From Octopus sinensis (lineage: Eukaryota), in NCBI RefSeq assembly GCF_006345805.1, contig NW_021836610.1:1-22925 (forward strand): DNA of 22,925 bases, given 5' to 3'. The notes below the pieces were generated by a model. It was not told where the DNA came from. It worked only from the letters and a program-made list of their open reading frames with translations, and made no database searches. A program made the position numbers and the translations under genes. Below, piece by piece: positions 19,108 to 22,925 of this stretch (position 1 is the stretch's first letter; each line of letters begins with the position of its first letter).

Positions 19108-19302
19108 AAGGCGGCGAGCTGGCAGAATCGTTAGCATGCCGCAAGAAATGTTAAGCAACATCTCGTCCGTCTTTACGTTCCGAGTTCAAATTCTCTCAAC
19201 CTTTCGTGGTAGATAAACAAAGCACCAGTTGGATACTGGGGTCGATGTAATCGGCTAGTACCCTCCCAAAGAATTTCAGGCCTTGTGCCTATAGTAAAAA
19301 GG
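19108..19302 (+). mobile_element. SINE family C variant with an (ATT)n tail and an internal deletion after the B-box
   Basis: AAGGCGGCGAGCTGGCAGAATCGTTAG...GAGTTCAAATTC...ACTGGGGTCGATGTAATCG...GGCCTTGTGCCTATAGTAAAAAGG, then ATT/GTT repeats (19303-19349). Confidence 0.82.
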
Positions 19303-19349
19303 ATTATTATTGTTATTGTTGTTGTTGTTGTTGTTGTGTGGTATTATTA

Positions 19350-20703
19350 TTTTTTTTCTTCTTTCAAATTTTCTTCATATTCTTGCCGAGTGTCTTCCCG
19401 ACTCCTAGGGCAAAGAACTCATAGTGTATATTGGTAGCCATTAAACCAAACTCAGTAGTTCGTTCATTTTTTTTTTTTTTTTTAAGTTAAATTAAAATAC
19501 ATGAGCAGCAACAGTTCTCACATCGACAAGCTCTTCTCAATACGTGTGATGTACCATTAAGACAATCTTTTGCACTTCTTGCAGGGATGGTAAGCCAGGG
19601 ATCATTCTCATATAATTTTCGGTTCCCTTCTTGATCATTCCTAGTGCTCCTACGATCACTGGTATTGTAACCGCCTTGAGATGCCACATTTTCTCAATTT
19701 CAATGAGTAGGTCTTTATATTTTCTGAGCTTGTCAAACTCTTTCGCTGAGATATTATGATCACAGGGGATGCTCATGTCGATCAATAGAAAAACTTTATT
19801 GTTTTGGTCTTTCACAACAATATCTGGTTTATTGGCTTGATGGTCGGTCTGTATGTACTGGAAAGCCCACAGAATGGTTACATTTTCTCCTTCAGTTACA
19901 AGCCTCAGGGTGTGATTATACCACTGTCGGCAGTTTTGATATTGTAATGCCGACTTATTAGCCAGTGGAGATATTGGCCAACTCTGTCATGTCTTAATTT
20001 ATACTCCACTGGTGCTAAGACTTTACATCCAGAGATTAGGTGGTCCACTGTTTCAATCATGTCATTGCAGAATCGGCATTTGGGTCTGCTCCATTTTTCA
20101 TCACATGGCTGGTAGTTCCGGGTTAATAGGCTTTGGTCTTGAGCAGCCAGGATGAAACCTTCGCTCTGCTTTTAGCCCTGAGCTCCGCAGCACTGATGGG
20201 TTTGCTTCTGGTCAACATCAGCTTGTTTGCTGCGGGTCACATTATTTGCCGTGCAGAGGTTTCTCCTCACCTATCAGCAATTGCTCGTGCGCTTTTTCAT
20301 TGCCATCATTTTCACCTTCTTTGCAACAATAGTTGCCGTGCTTCCCTCGGGTTGTTCAGTTTGGTATCCTGCACGAGATCAATAGCAAATTTTTTGCTTT
20401 CCTTGATGATAGAATGAAGCTTCTTTCGTCTCTCGTGATTTTCCACGAGCTTAGCATCCAGTCATTCGATATTTCGAGATATTTGGCCAGTCCAATTGTG
20501 GTTGTTTTGTAAGCTAGTTCAAATTGGATCAGGCCTCGACCTCCTTGGGCTCTGGGAAGGTAAAGGCGATCTATGTCTGCCTTTGGGTGGTGCATCCTAT
20601 TACAACTCAGCAGCTTGCGTATTTTTCTATCTATATTCTTTACTTCACTCATATTCCAGTTCAACACATTGTAGCTATAAGTAACAACTGGAACTGCTAA
20701 GGA

Positions 20704-20709
<6 letters not shown>
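19350..20709 (-). mobile_element. 5'-truncated RLE-type non-LTR retrotransposon (R4/Dong-like): RT thumb/linker, CCHC zinc knuckle, restriction-like endonuclease and 3' UTR; frameshifted
   Basis: The minus strand gives INSLAVPVVTYSYNVLNW...DRKIRKLL..NRMHHPKADIDRLYLPRAQGGRGL...ILAAQDQSL...CRFCNDMIETVDHLISGC (CX2CX8HX4C)...RHDRV...KPDIVVKD...LLIDMSIPCD...EFDKLRKYKDL...PVIVGALG. Stop codon at 19518-19520. (TAA)n flanks both ends. Confidence 0.92.

Positions 20710-20761
<52 letters not shown>
20707..20761. repeat. (ATT)n microsatellite
   Basis: About 18 perfect units; another run lies at 20953-20980. Confidence 0.97.
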
Positions 20762-20763
<2 letters not shown>

Positions 20764-20952
20764 GGTGGCAAGCTGGCAGAATCGTTAGCATGCCAGGCAA
20801 AATACTTAACGGCATTTCGTCCGTCCTTACGTTCTGAGTTCTAATTCCGTCCTTTTCGAGGTCGATAAACTAAGTGCTAATTGAGTATTGGGATCGATGT
20901 CATCAGCTTACCCCTCTTCCAAAATTGCTGGCCTTGTACCAAAATTTGAAAC
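20762..20952 (+). mobile_element. SINE family C variant with an (ATT)n tail and an internal deletion after the B-box
   Basis: AAGGTGGCAAGCTGGCAGAATCGTTAG...GAGTTCTAATTCCG-TCCTTTTCGAGGTCGATAAA...GGCCTTGTACCAAAATTTGAAAC followed by (TAT)n. Confidence 0.8.
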
Positions 20953-20980
20953 TATTATTATTATTATTATTATTATTATT

Positions 20981-21457
20981 GAGTGAGAGAGCGGTGCCTG
21001 CCATCAAAGTGACACTGGGGTAAAATATACGAAGCCCAGTATACCCATCATGACTGCCCGTCTGATAAGGGTATACTAGGCACATGCATCACAGCCATAT
21101 ATGCGCGACATGGTGATTTCTTATCAAGATTAACAGCGCATGACCTTACAGGTGAGACCCAGTTAGAATTTTTTCTTCTGGTCGAGTAACCCATCCCGCT
21201 CAAAAGGTCCCTGAATAAGGATTGTTTAAGGATGCTGAACGAAACACCCATGTTTCCAAAGGTGAATTATTCAAACCCCAAAGAATCCCTCTCAACACAT
21301 GGCTATGATGCTCCCCCACTACTTCTGCTCATGATCAGAGATGCACATATCATCATCCACTAAGGGACATGCTCAACTGGTTATGGTCAAACAACTGAGA
21401 AGCAAATCTGTAGTATTGAGCAGAATATTTGCTGTAGACCATCTTTTATACCAAGAC
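20981..21457 (-). mobile_element. Unclassified ~480-bp non-coding retroposon-like repeat ending in (TAA)n
   Basis: Higher-complexity block abutting (ATT)n at 20953-20980, read as a minus-strand tail. The minus strand begins GTCTTGGTATAAAAGATGG. I recall similar sequence as an octopus interspersed repeat but cannot verify it; there is only one copy in the window. Confidence 0.45.
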
Positions 21458-21458
21458 A

Positions 21459-21535
21459 GTTCCAAATAATGAAAAAATTTAAACGAGAAATATTGAAAAA
21501 ATAGCAAAGTACCAAGACCTAGCTATTGAATTTGG
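21459..21535 (+). mobile_element. Tiny RLE endonuclease remnant of a second R4/Dong-like LINE
   Basis: Translates as VPNNEKI*TRNIEKIAKYQDLAIEF, matching the P.D.NI..KE.EK..KY.DL.IE RLE motif also seen in the 19350-20709 element. Confidence 0.5.
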
Positions 21536-21556
21536 TACATACATATATATATATAT

Positions 21557-21706
21557 GATGGGCTTCTTTCAGTTTCCATCTACCAAATTTACTCACAAGG
21601 CTTTCGTTGGCCCTAGGCTTAGAAGAACTTGCCCAATGTGCCATGCAGTGGGACTGAACCCGGAACCATGAGGTTGGGAAGTAAATGTCTTACCTCACAG
21701 CCACGC
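21557..21706 (-). mobile_element. tRNA-derived SINE head (probably the family B 5' half) followed by (TA)n
   Basis: The minus strand reads GCGTGGCTGTGAGGTAAG (A-box-like), CCGGGTTCAGTCCC (B-box-like), TGGGCAAGT, GGTAGATGGAAACTGAAAGAAGCCCATC, then ATATAT. Confidence 0.75.
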
Positions 21707-21874
21707 TGTGTGCTTTTTAAAACAATACTTCTAAGGGATTCTTCCCGGGCAAAAATGCAGCCTCTGGCTTTTTAACTTCGCATATCGGTCAGATGTGTTG
21801 TATTTGTAAAGTTTAGCATGCGTTAGTAGCTCTTATGAAGTGACAGGGAAATGTAGCGGGGCTATCGGTTGTTT

Positions 21875-22878
21875 CAAAACATAACGTCTTCGCTCAGTTA
21901 TCGCTAACATCCACTGTACGATATATTAGCTTTTACAGATCTGATAGAGAAATGTACTGGAGATATAGACTTGTTCCAAAACACTACCTCTTCGCTCAGT
22001 TATCGCTAACATCTGTTGTACGATATTTTAGCTTTTACAGATCTGATAGAGAAATGTACTGGAGATATAGACTTGTTCCAAAACACTACTTCTTCGCTCA
22101 GTTATCGCTAACATCTGTTGTACGTTACATTAAACTTTACGGAAGTAATAGAGAAATGTACTGGAGATATAGACTTGTTCCAAAACACTACCTCTTCGCT
22201 CAGTTATCGCTAACATCCACTGTACGATATATTAGCTTTTACAGATCTGATAGAGAAATGTACTGGAGATATAGACCTGTTCCAAAACACTACCTCTTCG
22301 CTCAGTTATCGCTAACATTTGTTGTACGTTACATTAAATTTTACGGAAGTAATAGAGAAATGTACTAGAGATATCGATTTGTTACAAAACGTCTTCGCTC
22401 AGTTATCGCTAACATCCACTGTACGATATATTAGCTCTTACAGACGGGTGAAGGTGCATGGTTCAGTGGTTAGAGCGTCGAGCTTACGATCGTGAGCTCG
22501 AATCCCGGACCGGGCTGCGTGTTGTGTTCTTGAGCAAGGCACTTTATTTCACGTTGCTCCAGTTCACTCAGCTGTAGAAATGAGTTGCGATGTCACTGGT
22601 GCCAAGCTGTATCGGCCCCTTTGCCTTTCCCTTGGATAACACTGGTGGCGTGGAGAGGGGAGGCTGGTATGCATGGGCGACTGCTGGTCTTCCATAAACA
22701 ACCTTGCCCGGACTTGTGTCTGGGAAGGTAACTTTCTAGGTGCAATCCCATGGTCATTCATGACCGAAGGGGGTCTTTACCCTTTTACAGACGTGATAGA
22801 GAAATGTACTGGAGAAATAGACTTGTTCCAAAAATCAACGTCTTCGCTCAGTTATCGCTAACATCTGTTGTACGATAA
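21875..22878. repeat. 102-bp tandem array (about 7 units, two sequence variants) interrupted by a SINE
   Basis: TCTTCGCTCAGTTATCGCTAACAT starts at 21887, 21989, 22091, 22193, 22295, 22392 and 22841. Spacings are 102, 102, 102, 102, 97 and 102+347. Confidence 0.95.
22447..22781 (+). mobile_element. Full-length CORE-like SINE (family A) with a 12-bp TSD, inserted in unit 6 of the 102-bp array
   Basis: Homologous to 3525-3862. TSD CT(C/T)TTACAGACG at 22435-22446 and 22782-22793; the insertion accounts exactly for the 347-bp extra spacing. Confidence 0.93.
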
Positions 22879-22925
22879 ATGGAATGACAAGATTTCTGTG
22901 GTTTAAAGGCAGTGAGCTGACAATC

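Noticed and set aside
21952-22368. 138-aa ORF of 34-aa repeats in the 102-bp array
   Set aside because: One open frame out of six in a 102-bp unit is plausible by chance. The 97-bp unit and the SINE break the frame, and no domain is recognisable.
21875-22878. CRISPR-like appearance of the regularly spaced repeats
   Set aside because: The intervening sequences are themselves repeated (two variants), so there are no unique spacers. The context is eukaryotic and there are no cas genes.
22903-22925. AAAGGCAGTGAGCTGACAATC resembling the start of a SINE C head
   Set aside because: Only about 20 bp, with mismatches, and cut by the window edge.

Overview
This is eukaryotic, repeat-saturated, essentially non-coding DNA. 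The repeat families resemble those I recall from octopus/cephalopod genomes; that is an inference, not a database result. There is no intact host gene, and nearly all ORFs in the supplied track are translations of microsatellites. The window contains: long (ATGT)n, (TA)n, (TG)n, (ATAG)n, (ACN)n and (ATT/ATC)n tracts; three tRNA-derived SINE families, some with clear target-site duplications (TSDs); a 5'-truncated RLE-type (R4/Dong-like) LINE inside (TAA)n; a Penelope-like GIY-YIG fragment and Penelope-type terminal repeats; short RTE-like and CR1/L2-like LINE 3' ends; two non-autonomous Helitron-like elements; four MITE/foldback elements; a 1.6-kb AnTn satellite phased at about 11 bp; and a 102-bp tandem array. 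The most notable find is a well-formed candidate type I hammerhead ribozyme at 17415-17503. One possible host exon (7307-7461) is flagged at low confidence. Many frameshifts and repeat-copy differences are single-base indels, which may reflect long-read assembly error.
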